Shown piece after piece: positions 41,561 through 55,283 of a stretch of 64,000 nt of DNA. This DNA is from Octopus sinensis. Taxonomy: Eukaryota. The translations under genes were made by a program, and so were the position numbers. The notes below the pieces were generated by a model, which had not been told where the DNA came from, searched no databases, and saw only the letters and a list, made by a program, of their open reading frames with translations. How positions within the stretch are numbered: the first letter of the stretch is position 1; each line of letters starts with the position of its first letter. The DNA lies in assembly GCF_006345805.1 (NCBI RefSeq), contig NC_043002.1, positions 65,348,001-65,412,000 on the forward strand, in the 5' to 3' direction.

Positions 41561-42813
41561 ATTGCGGTTTTTTATACTTCTTTTATATTTCAAAATCCAA
41601 ATAAACAAAGTTCTGTTTTTAGTCTAAAATATACTCTCCTTCATTTTCTACAATGCTCTTCCAACTATCCGATAGATTTTTAGGCCCTTCTTCCAGAATT
41701 CACTTGTCCGTGATTAAACGTACTCCTCCAGTATTGTTCTGACCTCGTCTACTCAATTCATTTTTTTTTCATCCAAATGATTTTGAAGACTGTGAAATAA
41801 ATGATAATCAGATGGGGCCATGTCCGACGTATATGGTGTGTGGGGCATCGTTTCCCTTTCAGAGTGCTCCAGCCTTTGGGTTGTCATCCACGCCGAATGT
41901 GGCCGATAATCATTCTGATATAAGAACACCTTTCGTCTTGAAAACGAAGACGGTCGTTTTTCCTCTAACGCTGATTTCAGCCGCTCAAGCTGCTCCCAGA
42001 AGATCTCCTTTGTTATCGTGTGGTTTGGTTTTAAAAGTTCAGTTGTCTGAGTTTAAAAGTTCAAAGTGGAATTAATCTTCTATATGCCACCGAAGAGATA
42101 ACAAAACCCTACGTGGATGAAGACCTTAATCTGGGGTGCCGATGTTTCCCCTTTCTCTACTCGCTGTCTTCGGCGCTTGACATTTCTCGTTACCAGTCAC
42201 TATTCGGTCCAAAATTGTTCACTCGTGAGACGTGACAGTAAAGAAGAGCACACATTCACTCTCAGCGCACGATTACGCTCGCAAAGTTTGTGACGAACAC
42301 ATTGACCCAATTTCCTGACTATTCCGATGGTACGCAGGTGTCGATGTATGATTGAATAACCAAATCCAAGCTTCTCTGCTAGTTCTGGAACAGTTACGCT
42401 GAGATTTTGTTCCATCAGGCATTGCAGGACGTCCTCGCTGACCTCTACAGGTCTTCCAGGATGAAGTTCGTTTTCTAGGCAATAGTTTCCGGTTCGAAAT
42501 TTCTGGAACCATCGTTGACACTGGCTTACGCTTATTGTCCGATCCACATATGCTGCTGCATTAATATTCCTCGCACTTTACGCTGCGTTGTTGCCTTTAT
42601 TGAACTCATAAAGCAAAATATGCCGAATACTCACTTATAGCTTTGAAAATTAACTGTTAAAATCGAACTGCACTCTTCAAAACTTGCACTAAGAATAAGG
42701 ACAGGGGAAAATGATTACCTACTTTTATAGCAAGTTGATGCAAGTACTTTATCCCGTCCCCTCATAATTTTAGTTCATGCAATTGAAAAAAACTGCATTA
42801 CTTATGGGATGAC

Positions 42814-42817
<4 letters not shown>
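41561..42817 (-). mobile_element. Near full-length mariner (DD34D) element, inactivated
   Basis: 5' TIR TA|TTGGGTCATCCCATAAGTAATGCAG; IRHILLYEFNKG, SQCQRWFQKF, DRIVTGNEK, PHTPYTSDMAPSDYHLF, IVENEGEYILD* (stop 41619-41621); 3' TIR truncated. Confidence 0.9.
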
Positions 42818-42857
<40 letters not shown>

Positions 42858-43221
42858 TTTGTGTATGTGTGTGTGTGTATGTGTGTTTATATATATACAT
42901 ATATATATGTACGATTGTATGTGTATGTATCTATCTATATATGCATGTGTATATACACATGTATATATATATATATATATATATATCTACTTGTGTATGT
43001 GTGTGCATATGTGTGTACGCATGTGAGTGTGTATGTGTGTGTTTATATATATATGTGTGTGTGTCTGTGTTTATATATTTATATATATATATATATATTA
43101 TATATATATATATGTGCGATTGTATGTGTATATATGCATGTGTATATACACATGTATGTATTCACTTGTGTATGTGTGTGGGTGCATGTGTGCGTATGTG
43201 TGTGTGTGTATGTGAATGTGC

Positions 43222-43301
<80 letters not shown>

Positions 43302-44009
43302 ATGCTTCGAATAACGTATGAACGCCTGCGTATATGTCTTCAGACTAACAGGTGCCTAGAGAGCTTTATTTGTTTTCAAATAATATTTTTGTTTTTATCT
43401 TTTATTGTTGAAATAGTTTCATTTTATTTACTTATTTATTTATTTTCACAATATCCTTTTCTGATTGCAATTTGCCACCTTGATTCCGGTTCCTATCTCG
43501 GCATTGCCTATTGATTAAATAGAAACAATCAAAATTCTACGGGTCAAAGACAATGTAAACAAATGCACATTTCCACGAAATATCTGTGTAGATAGACACA
43601 CAACGTCTGGGTATCTAAATAAATATATTAATTAATAAATATTTGTTGACTTGTTAGACAAACATTGGTGGTGTTGACTAGCTAATAAGAACTGCTTCGA
43701 ACTGGAAGGCAAAATAAATTGGGTGCGAAGTTTAGAAAATAATTTAGACTTTTAAGACGTTGTGCTGTAGGGTGACTAACAGTCTTTCTGACTTTTGGCA
43801 CAGGATTAGCAATTTCGAGGTGAGAGGTGGTCCATTACAATGGACCCCAAGGCCCAACTGTTATTTAGTTTTCGACCTCGAAACGACGAAATGCAATATC
43901 GGCATCTGAGCTCATGAATTAAAACAAAGGGAAAATGCTGCTAAGTACGGCATGCAAACGATTCTACTTCGATGTCCATATTTGTGGTTTACGAATATTA
44001 AAGTGTTAT

Positions 44010-44535
44010 AATGCGGTGAGCTGGCAGAATCTTTAGCACATCGGGCGAAATGATTACCGGTATTTCGTTTGTCTTTACGTTCTGAGTTCAAATTCCGCTG
44101 AGGTCCACTTTGCCTTTCATACTTTCGGGGTCGATAAATTAAGTACAGTTGCGTACAGGGGTCGATCTAATCGACTGTCCCCCTCCCCAAACATTTCGGG
44201 CTTTGTGCCTAGAGTAGAAAAGAATATTAAAGCGTTATAAGGCGGTGAGCCGGCGGAAACGTTTGCACGGCGGGCGAAATTCCTACCGGTATCCCGTCTG
44301 TCTTTGTTCTGATTTCAAATTCCGCCGTGGTCGATGTTACATTTCATCCTTTCGGGGTCGATAAAGTAAGTACCAGTTGAGCATTGAGGTCGATGTAATT
44401 GACTTATCACTTTCTCCTGAAGTTGTTAACCTTGTGCAAAAACCTAAAACTAATAGTAAAGCTTTATCGTCTGGTTCACTACATTGTGAGTTCAAATTCC
44501 GCCGAAGTAGTTTTTGCTTTTCATTCTTTCGTGGT
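44010..44535 (+). mobile_element. Two SINE A copies with alternative tails plus a fragment
   Basis: Heads at ~44013 and ~44241; tails CCCCTCCCCAAACATTTCGGGC and TTCTCCTGAAGTTG. Confidence 0.8.
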
Positions 44536-44541
44536 CTATAA

Positions 44542-44721
44542 CAGTGCTCCTCAAACTTTTTTGCGGTACATTTTATTCTTTTCAGAAATCGGCAGCACAC
44601 CTGAACGAAAAATATAACTATAAGTATAGGAAAAAAATTTTTATTCAGGTTACACTGCGGCACATCTAGCATTGCCTTGTGACACACTAGTGCTCTGCGA
44701 TATACCGGTTGTGGAGCACTG
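44542..44721. mobile_element. 180-bp hAT MITE
   Basis: TIRs CAGTGCTCCTCAAAC / GGTTGTGGAGCACTG; TSD GTCTATAA / CTCTATAA. Confidence 0.85.
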
Positions 44722-45380
44722 CTCTATAATTGAACACTCGTGTCGATGCAATCATTTTTCCCTTTCCACAGAATTGCTGGCTCTGCGCAAAAATTAGACA
44801 GAAATATTAAAGTGTTGTTGCTAACTATTAAATCAGTAGAGGGATGTATAACAACGTTGTAACTGATAAACGATGTATGTGTGACCCATGAAAATTTATA
44901 CAAAAATGCAAGGTTGTGAGAGAAATATAAATAATTGTTTCATAATGAAATATCGACGGTGTAATATATAGAATTATATCTAACACTTGCATTTAGTCAC
45001 ATATTTATGTTTCCTTCTAAGCGAGCGGTTAAAAGGAAGCGTCCAGGAAAATGAATACAGTGTTTCGTGTGTATCTGGAGGGGTGGTCCATTTGATAGGC
45101 GGTTAAACTATTCATGGTGGTGCCCTAGCTAGGCCACAACCCAACGACTGAAACAAGTGAAATGCTAAAAGAGTAAAGAATAAGTTTGTATTCAATAGAA
45201 TGGTTGTCTTTTAATAACAACAGAAATCTCATGAATTCGTTAGATCCCCAATAATCTCTCATGTTTTATTCTCTTATTTGTCTAGTAAGAAAATTAACCC
45301 ACATGAGTAGGAATATTACAAGGGCTGTGGCAGGGTGACACCAAGGAATAAAGTGGAAGAAAGTTAGCAGAAAACGTGAA

Positions 45381-45611
45381 GGCGGCGAGCTGGCAGAAAC
45401 GTTAGCACGCCGGGCGAAATGCGTAGCCGTATTTCATCTGCCGTTACGTTCTGAGTTCAAATTCCAACGAGGTCGACTTGGCTTTTCATCCTTTCGGGGT
45501 CGATAAATTAAGTACCAGTTACACACTGGGATCGACATAATCGACTTAATCCGTTTGTCTGTCCTTGTTTGTCCTATCTGTGTGTAGCCCCTCGTGGGCA
45601 GTAAAGAAATG
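45381..45611 (+). mobile_element. SINE family A monomer with TSD
   Basis: 13-bp TSD AGAAAACGTGAAG (45369-45381, 45612-45624); GAAAT tail. Confidence 0.93.
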
Positions 45612-46013
45612 AGAAAACGTGAAGTTGGTTACTGAACAGTACAGATGTAGTGACAGTGTTACGTCCTATGTTGTGTAACTGCATCCTCACTAAACATTTC
45701 CATTTTGTGATATATTGTAGCCTCAAAGTTTAATATCCATAAAGAAACTAAGGCGGCGAGCTGGAAGAATCGCTAGGACACCGGGCGAAATGCTTAGCAG
45801 CAGTTCATCGGTCTAAACATTCTGTACGAAAGACAAAGTCGCCGGGTCCGAAATTGCAACCTTCTGCGCGGTCAGAAAACCTGCCTAATATCTCTCATAA
45901 TTTATGCCGACTATGGTATAAAAGGAAGGACATATAGGATAACGAAATTTTTGATGCAAAACTAAACAAAGTTGCAACGTATATTTGTGTGTAACAATTT
46001 TCATCATTTACTT

Positions 46014-46058
<45 letters not shown>

Positions 46059-46184
46059 ACAGAAAAATACATGTTTAGTTTTGCCTTACAATAATCCTGG
46101 CAGGTGGTATCTTACATTCTTGACGTTTTATTCCTTCAAGTTAATGTTATTTCTCTAATATTTGTTTCCAATGATGGCACAAGC

Positions 46185-46610
46185 CCAGCAATTTTGCGGG
46201 AGAGGCTAGGTCGGTTACAGCAACACCAGTGCTCAACCAGTACTTATTCTATCAGCCCCGAAAGGATAAAATAAGAATTGGCCTCGGCGGGATTTGATCT
46301 CAAAACGTAAATCGGACGCTATGCGGCTAAGTGTTTTGCCCAAAGCGCTAATGTTTCTGCTATCTCATCGCCTTATATTATTTTTTTGATATTAGGAAGT
46401 GACTAAGGCGCCGACCTGGCAGAATTGTTACCGCACCAGACAAAATGATTAGCGCATTTCTTGTCACATTACGTTCTCAGTTCAAATATCTTCGGGGTTG
46501 ACTCTATCATTCATCCTTTCGGAGTCTTTAGAATAAGGACTAGTTGATCACTGGGCTCGATGCAATCGACTTGCACCTTCTCTCACAATTTCTGGCCTTG
46601 TACGAAAATT
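46185..46610. mobile_element. Two decayed SINE A copies, head to head (46185-46375 minus, 46405-46610 plus)
   Basis: Similarity to intact copies. Confidence 0.6.
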
Positions 46611-46999
46611 TTTAACTAATTATAGGGATTTATATTTTCTATAATAGCCGATGCTCCCCATCCTAGTGTGATCGATTCTTATTATCTTCAGTTCGTTGGA
46701 GTTAAGTCCCAGGGTCAAGTCTGCCACGTTCATCGGCACTGCATGAAGGCAACATGACGCTCCGGTTTAGCAGGATACCTCGTGAAAGCATCTCCAACGT
46801 ATCAGAAACCCAAACACTGTGACAGCTTTGGAACAAATAATCATTGGTACATTTATTTCGACGAAAATCCTGAAGGTTTTTTTCTAGAAATGAGTAACAT
46901 TTCAACCAGAAGGAAACCTGCAGTAAGTGGGGAATCTCACAGCAATAGAAAATCCATTACAGGTCTCACTGAAACATTGTCCAGATTCTAATATCAAAA

Positions 47000-47252
47000 T
47001 CAATGATTTTGAACTGGGGTTCATATGACCTTTGGGGGTCCATATAAGATTATTTTGCTAAATTTTATTTTAAATTAATTAAACTTCCACATTCCACAAA
47101 ATATTTTAACAATTTTTTATACAATTCCTAAAAATATTTCATTCTAAAAATATAATAGAATTTTTCAAACATCGAATGGCTAAGAGGTTCCACCTGAGTA
47201 AAATAGGAGTCAAACGGATCCATGGGCAAAAGAAATGGTTGAGAATAATTGG
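47000..47252. mobile_element. Decayed hAT MITE related to 28779-29103
   Basis: Shares GTCCATATAAG, ATTGAATGGCTA-like and AAATGGTTGA motifs. Confidence 0.6.
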
Positions 47253-48204
47253 TCTAACCAGAAAGCAATATAACTCTGGAAAATGACGTGAGTCAGGTTT
47301 TGGTGAACCAGCATTTAACCTGCACCGATGGAAGTATTATGAATACCCTACTTGAGAAGTATATCAGGGTATTCACGCAAGACACAGGTACATCTCGTAT
47401 TAAACTCCCAGGCTACTTTGATTCTGAGTAAAGGATATGGAGCAATGAAGCAGCGCAATCATATGTCACTTGTGTCTCCAGTGAAAGTTTTTAGGTGTGA
47501 GTGGTAACGTATGGAATATCATACTCAGTTTGAATAGTTGTTGATCATTATCTACGGGGAAAACAGAGACTCCAGGTACTTCCAAAGGAATGCTAGTTTT
47601 GATATAGAAACATAAAATGAAGTGCATAGTGTACGATCTACCAGTTGAGGTATAGAAAAGATAACGATGAGAGGAGAGGAGAACTCCGTTGGAAGGACTC
47701 TGTACATATTTTCTTCAATGGAAGAAAGCCCGTAGTAGTAACGGTAAAAAAGGGACATAATATTGTGTATTTAAGCTAGCTGTATATTAGTAAATAGACT
47801 AAAATTGTTTCCACAACATATCCGATTTATCTTTAACTTTATTTTCACTTAATATTGATAGAAAGTGAGTAGGGTTACGAAACGTTGAAACCTAACAGAA
47901 TATTGCAGAAAACGCTTCTTTCTGCAGCTGCAGTTTACAGCTTGAATTTAAACTTTTACTTCGCTGCTTAAATGTATTATATGTCAGGTGTATCAAGCAC
48001 ATATTCTGTAAGTAGCCACCACCTCTGTAAGAAACAGCAATCATATCACAAACAATTGTCTTTGAAAATACGATATATTGCGCAATTTAGTCCTTGATAT
48101 ATGCAAAAATTTCCGGCGTTCAATGACAGACCCCCACGGATAATTTTACGCCAACTAGAGTTGACTTAAAAGTAAATATCAATGACATCATATACAGCGC
48201 CATT

Positions 48205-48387
48205 TAGATGCTTAAGAGACTGAAAAGTTCCTGGCTTTGGATAAAAGAAAATACAGAAGGATCAGTTAATTGTGATTTTATTCATTATGTTCCCCTCTCA
48301 GATTCACATACATATTGCAGCAGCCAATCACTTTTTTCTGGGCCCTGTAAAAGAACTCAGCTTGGAACTTTTCAGAAGCCCTTTGTA
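48205..48387. mobile_element. Mariner-derived MITE
   Basis: Inverted CTGAAAAGTTCC (48220) / GGAACTTTTCAG (48364); same motif in the TIR at 63947. Confidence 0.65.
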
Positions 48388-50266
48388 TCACCATTACCGA
48401 TACAAGAACAAAAGATGAATATATGAATATAATCTGTACTCGTATAAGCTATCATCCGTGTATTTCCTAGATACATAATTGTAATGAAATACTAAGAATA
48501 GCTGACGAAATTCTTATCATTACGACATATTTTAGGAGAGACATCATGGATTTCTCGAAACACTGATGTTCATTTAACATTGTAAGTTGAGTAAAATTGC
48601 TTCAGTTTAAAATTGAATTTAGTAAACTGCTCTCTTGTCTTAACTTCAGCTTTTGTCTATTAACTCCGATGTATATCATTAGCGCTTTGTTTGTGTGCCT
48701 TTGAAAGTCCGAGATGTAAATCTATTTTGGGAAGTTTCGAGTAAAGTAAATTACTTACAAAATATAGCATTAGACATTTATTTCGAAGATCAACCATGCC
48801 TTAGTTTACTGCATTAATGCTATGCAAACCGCTTGTATCTTACAGCTAGACCACGCAATGCATACTTTAATTGAAGGGGAGAATATGGTGATTTGACATT
48901 CTCAGCTTTCGTGTAGGTTGTTCTTCCTCAACCGAAGATTAACCCTGATGTAAAAAAAATCAAAGGCATTCCAGCCAGAACCATCACATTTATAGAATTA
49001 CATAGGACTTCAGAATCTATGACGTTCTCTCCGGTGAATTTAAGATGAATTGTTGGCTATTTCTAGCCTGTGAAATTACCATGTATAGCCTCTCTTGTTT
49101 GATTCCTTTAGCAGAGAATCTGGATTGAAACGATGATCTGGTTTTCTCGGAATAATTAACTGCAAGTTATAGATTGTATTCAATCAGCTGAATAGATTTG
49201 GTTGTGCGTGTCGCATAAAGAAGATAACCTCGACCAGAATTGAACTCAGAATGAAGAAAGAAGACATAGAATACCCCTAAGTATTTAGTCCGACACAGTA
49301 TCCTCTCTGCCATTCCATTGATTTACGCCAGACGAATATTAAATGTTTACGTGACAGTTCACTCAGTTTTGTGTCGGAATCAAATTATAAAATATGATTA
49401 TATTAAGCTGCAACTTAGTAAAGAACTATTATTAAGTGGCGGATTAAAGTGAACAGTGTGAGTGGACTTTAATAGACCTTAATCTTATTTGAAAGTATTG
49501 CGTCTCGCGACTTATGTAAATATATTTTTGAAAAGTACGATTTCAGATTTTGATAGAATGATTTGTATTTCTACCTTGGATTCATCTAATAAACAGCAAA
49601 TCTTTTCGCAGGACTTCGTATTTCAGCAAAAACGGGAGATTAGTTGCGACTAAGTAGATGAGTTTTATTGAAATCACTGTTTGTTCATTATAATGTTCTG
49701 CGTTCATATCTCGCATACGAAAGGAGCCACTAATAATTCGACGATGCAGTTCTAGTTATATCAATTCGACCAATAAATGCTTTCTCAATATGTCTCCATA
49801 CATTTCTGTTTTGGCTTTAAAGTTTATCAATTCAGAGTTATTTAAGGAGATTGGACTCTTGTATTCCAAGGGCCGAAAGCATATTGACACTGACCGACGA
49901 TGATTCACAGCTTCTTGTTCAGTATATTCGAAGCATTCTTCTTTCTAAAAGCATTAAGCATTTGCCATTCAAATGAGAGGCCAGTCAATTATACTGACAA
50001 AAGTAAGCAAGATTACATAAAATTGCGCGAATTAAAACTCGATCTTTCTGAAATAGCTACTCGCATCTTCAATCACCTTCACACTATAGTTAGCACACAG
50101 CAGCGAAGAGAATACTTAATACAGTTGAGAATATGTCGCATATTGATATATCTGAATAAAAAAATAGGATAGCCAAAAATGTAAATACCTTTGATCTCTT
50201 GTACTTTTATTTGGGATTGAGATAGAACTATAAAACAGCGATTACAACAATAAACATGGGATTGTA

Positions 50267-51058
50267 AGGCGAGCTGGCAGAAACGTTAGCACGCCGGGCG
50301 AAATGTTCAGCAGTATTTCGTCTGCCGCTACGTTCTGAGTTCAAATTCCGCCGTGGTCGACTTTGCCTTTCATCCTTTCGAGGTCGATTAAATAAATAGC
50401 AGTTACGCACTGGGGGGGGGGCGATATAATCGACTTAATCCCTTTGTCTGTCCTTGTTTGTCCTCTCTGTGTTTAGCCCCTTGTGGGTAGTAAAGAAATA
50501 GGTATTTCGTCTACCGTTACGTTCTGAGTTCAAATTCCGCCGAGGTCGACTTTGCCTTTCATCTTTTCGGGGTCGATAAATTAAGTACCAGTTACGCACT
50601 GGGATCGATATAATCGACTTAATCCCTTTGTCTGTCCTTGTTTGTTCTCTCTGTGTTTAGCCCCTTGTGGGTAGTAATGAAAAAGGTATTTCATCTGCCG
50701 CTACGTTCTGAGTTCAAATTCCGACGAGGTCGACTTTGCTTTTCATCCTTTCGGGGTCGATTAAATAAATAGCAGTTACGCACTGGGGTCGATATAATCG
50801 ACTTAATCCCCTTGTCTGTCCTTGTTTGTCCTCTCTGTATTTAGCCCCTTGCGGGTAGTAAAGAAATAAAAATAGGTATTTCGTCTGCCGTTACGTTCTC
50901 AGTTCAAACTCCGCCGATGTCGACTTTGCCTTTCATCCTTTCGGGGTCGATAAATTAAGTACCAGTTATGCACTTGGTCGATGTAATCGATTTGATCCTT
51001 TTGTCTGTCGTTGCTTGTCCTCTCTATGTTTAGCTCCCCTGTGGGCAAAAAAGAAATA
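50267..51058 (+). mobile_element. SINE family A tetramer (head plus 4 bodies) inside one TSD
   Basis: Units start at 50267, 50501, 50685, 50875; TSD ATAAACATGGGATTG at 50250-50264 and 51060-51074. Confidence 0.92.
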
Positions 51059-51760
51059 TATAAACATGGGATTGAAACATTTACGTCTCACCATTACTTC
51101 TAGAATATCTATATACAAATGACTCTTAATTCAAATAAGAAAAATAAAATAGTTCTCCTTCTTCTGTGAGTAAGTAACACAGAGATCGATATAGAAGAAT
51201 CTAACTTTGGATTTTCGCTAAAGCACCCACAGCATATTTTCTGGTATTTAGTTAAACCACTTTGCAGCCGGATTTCAAATTCTGCCTGGGTCAATTTTTT
51301 TAAAATTTCATCGCTGAGAAGATATGTAAATGTAAAATATAGTGGTGAAGTGCATTATTTTAGGAATCATTGTTCTGATGGTTGTTAATGTAGCTGGTGG
51401 TTTCCAGGACCTGACGAACGTGAAATTAAATTGCATGTATAGAGTTTTTTGCACTCACTGTCTACTTTCAAATTTAAATTTCTGTAATCCTTATCGGACC
51501 AGCAAGCTAAGTACTTTGATTTCATTCACAATGAACACTGCTTCCAAATACGGTGAACTGCGCAAAGTCAGAGATTACTATCATTATCAATGTTAGAGGG
51601 GAATTAATTATTCGCATATTGGACAAAATGCATTGCAATATTTCTTCTTAATCTTTACCTTTTGATTTCGAAAGCACGCGCAGATCAACATTCCCTTTCA
51701 TCTTCTCATCTTATGATTCTATCATTATATAGTGCAAGAAGACAACTACTGTACACTTAC

Positions 51761-51791
51761 GTTCTACGGTTTTCGTTTCTGACGGAACTGC
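51761..51791 (-). CDS. Candidate 31-nt exon
   Basis: TATTGTCCACTTCAG|GCAGTTCCGTCAGAAACGAAAACCGTAGAAC|GTAAGT. Confidence 0.2.
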
Positions 51792-51821
51792 CTGAAGTGG
51801 ACAATACACCAACACACACCT

Positions 51822-51858
<37 letters not shown>

Positions 51859-52744
51859 GTTCTGACCGCCGTTGCTTTTTCCAAATGATAGACAGAAGTC
51901 AAATAAAAATAAGGCAGGACAAGTAACAATAAATAAAGAAACCAAATTTTCAGCTTTCTAATTTCCAACGTTTTGACTTAAAACTGGAAAGAGTGCAGAA
52001 AAATATGATCTAAATGAAATATGAGCGACAAAATGTAACATTGGACATTTGTTCAATGCCTTCATCATAAGTCTATTCGATGTAGATGAAAAATAACTGC
52101 CGTTACTGAACGAAATCATTGCTAGTGTTTATAACATGGTTTGATACATTCATCAACATAGTATGCGTGTTAAGAGATCCTGAGTATCATATATGTCTCA
52201 GTGAGAACACTGCACATCGCTATGGAAGACCATTCAAAGCATGACCATAAAGGCGTGTGTAATATCCATTCGAATACTTGTAGTTGATTCCTGCATTTCA
52301 TAATTATTACATATATATTCACAGGAAGGTATGAATCTGGAAAGAGAGGGAAATTGATATTTGGCGACTGAACACTTTCTACATGATAATATTTTTACTG
52401 TCTAAGGAATGTGCTGCCACCATACAAGAATGGGTCTTACGATTTAGTAGTGACAATAATATGAAAGAGAGCACGTTCAAAAGAAAAAGATAATTAAACA
52501 TGGCATGCCTCTCATCAGCTCTGAAGACCAGAACCAATGTGGTTTCGATGCGGTTAACACTGGTGACTTATGCTCTGCACGCTATGCCTCTGATTGCGCC
52601 AGTGATAGTAAATAACACTGAACAGTGGAACTTTACAAGGAAACGGTTTCAGATAATTGCAGACAACGGCAGTATACGGAGCTGGAATTTATATATACTA
52701 GCATACATACATACAAGCATACATATATACATACATACATACAT

Positions 52745-52817
<73 letters not shown>

Positions 52818-52850
52818 CATATATATATATATAATATATATACATATATA

Positions 52851-52895
<45 letters not shown>

Positions 52896-53399
52896 TTGCG
52901 TCCGCGATTGCGTGTTTGTGTGTGTAACTGTACGTTTTTATGCGTATTTATATTTCTTTTTGTTAATGTTATTAATCAGTGCCTTCTTCGTATATTCTTC
53001 ATTCTAAGCACACACGCATATATTTCCTCAATAAAAGTGTGAGTTATTTAGCCAAGATTGCTCTAATATTATTTGATAAGTGATTAAATCGAAGGAATCC
53101 TTATCATGCTTCATGGGAATAAATTAAAACTTGTATCTCAAACTATCTGATGACAGGTTTTATGGACATTTTTCTATTTAGGGCAATTTTAATTAACATG
53201 TGCGACGTAGAACACATAAATAATTTTAGCATTTCCAATATATGCGTTTCCAATTCGAAAACCAAAGTGACATTCCGTCCAAGATACCCAAACATCATAT
53301 AATATCTACGAGCATGTCGACAGGTTGTCGGAAGCTGTTGTGAGTATGGAGAAGAGTGTTGTTTGTGATTAAATAAACAGCTTTCACTATTTTGGGCTA

Positions 53400-53735
53400 T
53401 ATATGATAAGATGTTTGGACATCACTGGGGCACCAGAGAGGGATAGATCGAAGTGAACAGTGGTTCCAGCAAGATGAGGCCACCCACCACGCATCAAATG
53501 ACTCCCTAGCCTGGTTGAGAGAGCGACATCAGGAGAGACTGATCAGGTTTTTATCTGTGGGGGTATCTCAAAGATAATGTTTACTAGAACAACTCTCACG
53601 ATTGGTGAACTGAAAACAGCAACCGTAGTAAAAATCAGGGAAGTCTCCAAAGAGGGATGTTTTCGAGTAATTGACAATTTTGCGCGGCGTATGCACGTGT
53701 GCCCCCAAGGCCGCGGAGGCCATTTGAAGCTTGAA
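53400..53735 (+). pseudogene. Tc1/mariner (rosa/DD41D-like) transposase C-terminal relic
   Basis: QWFQQDEATHH, FYLWGYLKDNVY, RVIDNFARRMHVCPQGRGGHL. Confidence 0.75.
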
Positions 53736-54114
53736 GAATGAGACGTCATGTGGGATTGAGCCGTAACTGCATGCTGCTGTCGCCATACCACCATGCTACA
53801 TAAGCAGTGTGTATGAGTTCGAATAATACGAACTGATTCTTTTTCTGCTGCTAGACAAGTAAGTGCTTGCCTGGGTGAAGAGAAGTTGCCAGAGTTTGTC
53901 TTATTTTAGTGTTTGAAAGATTAATGTGACCTGCAGAATTATGTGCAATTGGTCAGATGGAAAACATGCAGTATCTGCTAGACACAATAGAGAATGACAT
54001 TCCTGTTCGTCTAAATAAACCTCTCGAGGCAGAAGTGTGTATTTGCGCTATAGGCAGCTGCCATATTAAAGATAGCAACTGCAACTTCTGGTTTTAATCT
54101 TTTGCACTTTATAG

Positions 54115-54490
54115 CTTCTTTTTTCTTCTTTTACTTAATCCGGTCATTGAACAGCAGATATACTGGGACATCACCTTGAAGAGTTGTAGTCGAGCAAAAC
54201 CACCCAAATATTTGTTTGTTTTTTCAAGACTGGTACTTATTCACTTATTCTATTGCCCATTTTCGCCGAGCCTCTAAGTTATGGGGACGACAACAAACCC
54301 ACACCGGTTGTGAAACAGTAAAAGAACAACCGAAAATTCACAGCACCCATTTATTTAAGATACAGTCTTTTCGTCTACCATATTCATTGGCCCGGGTTTA
54401 TGTAGAAGACATTTGTTCAAGGTTCCGTCTAGCGGGATTGAAACTGAAGCACTTGGCTATAAAGTAAGCATTTTAACCACATAACTATCC
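54115..54490 (-). mobile_element. Decayed SINE family B
   Basis: Similarity to other B copies. Confidence 0.7.
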
Positions 54491-55216
54491 ATGGGTCTAT
54501 GCTAATATATTTATTCCTTCTACATCGGAAGCGTTTGACAGCTATTTGCTTCACGACTTGGAGCTGTGGCATATGACAATATGATGAGAAGCCTGAAAGA
54601 GTTTGCCAAGCGATTAAGGAATTCACACAAGGAATAAAAACACAGATTTTGATAGGATCAAGGAACAGTATCAGACCAGTCTGCTCGTATTAACATCACC
54701 TAACATTGGGAAGCAGCGGTAGGATTAGGTGTCTATCATTATACTGCCCTTTGATATAAAAGGACATGAAATGCACAAATGGATTTAAAACGGTAACACA
54801 AGTAAACGGAACGTAGTGAATGAGCTCAGGCTCAGCTTAGAACAAGGTTTGAAGTTTGTTTTAGAATATAGACTGAAGCAGTCCCTTCTACCATTCCATC
54901 AACGTCACAAAACCAAAGCTTTTCCTGGTTAAATTATTTCATTTCATTCCCAAGAATATATAGTGTGTGTGAAAGCATTGAAACATATCTTCAAACTAGG
55001 GTCATAGTGCTAGTCAAGCATAGTTGTTCCTTCGTGAAAATCCCGCTCTACTGTCATTCACTTGGTCTAACTCGTTAATTATTCCCTGCATTTCTCAAAT
55101 CAAGACACCGTGCACGTTTGAAAGCCAAAACACATGGTAACGCGTCTTTGCAAAACACAAAATGCGCTGAGTCATACAGACTGTTTGCAAATGCGCACGC
55201 GCATTCAGCTGTAAAG

Positions 55217-55283
<67 letters not shown>

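Noticed and set aside
46700-46990. Short ORFs in unique-looking sequence
   Set aside because: No recognisable motif; at most a faint Tc1-like C-terminus
50267-51058. Regular ~185-bp repeat array resembling a CRISPR or tRNA cluster
   Set aside because: Units are SINE bodies with no unique spacers, in a eukaryotic context
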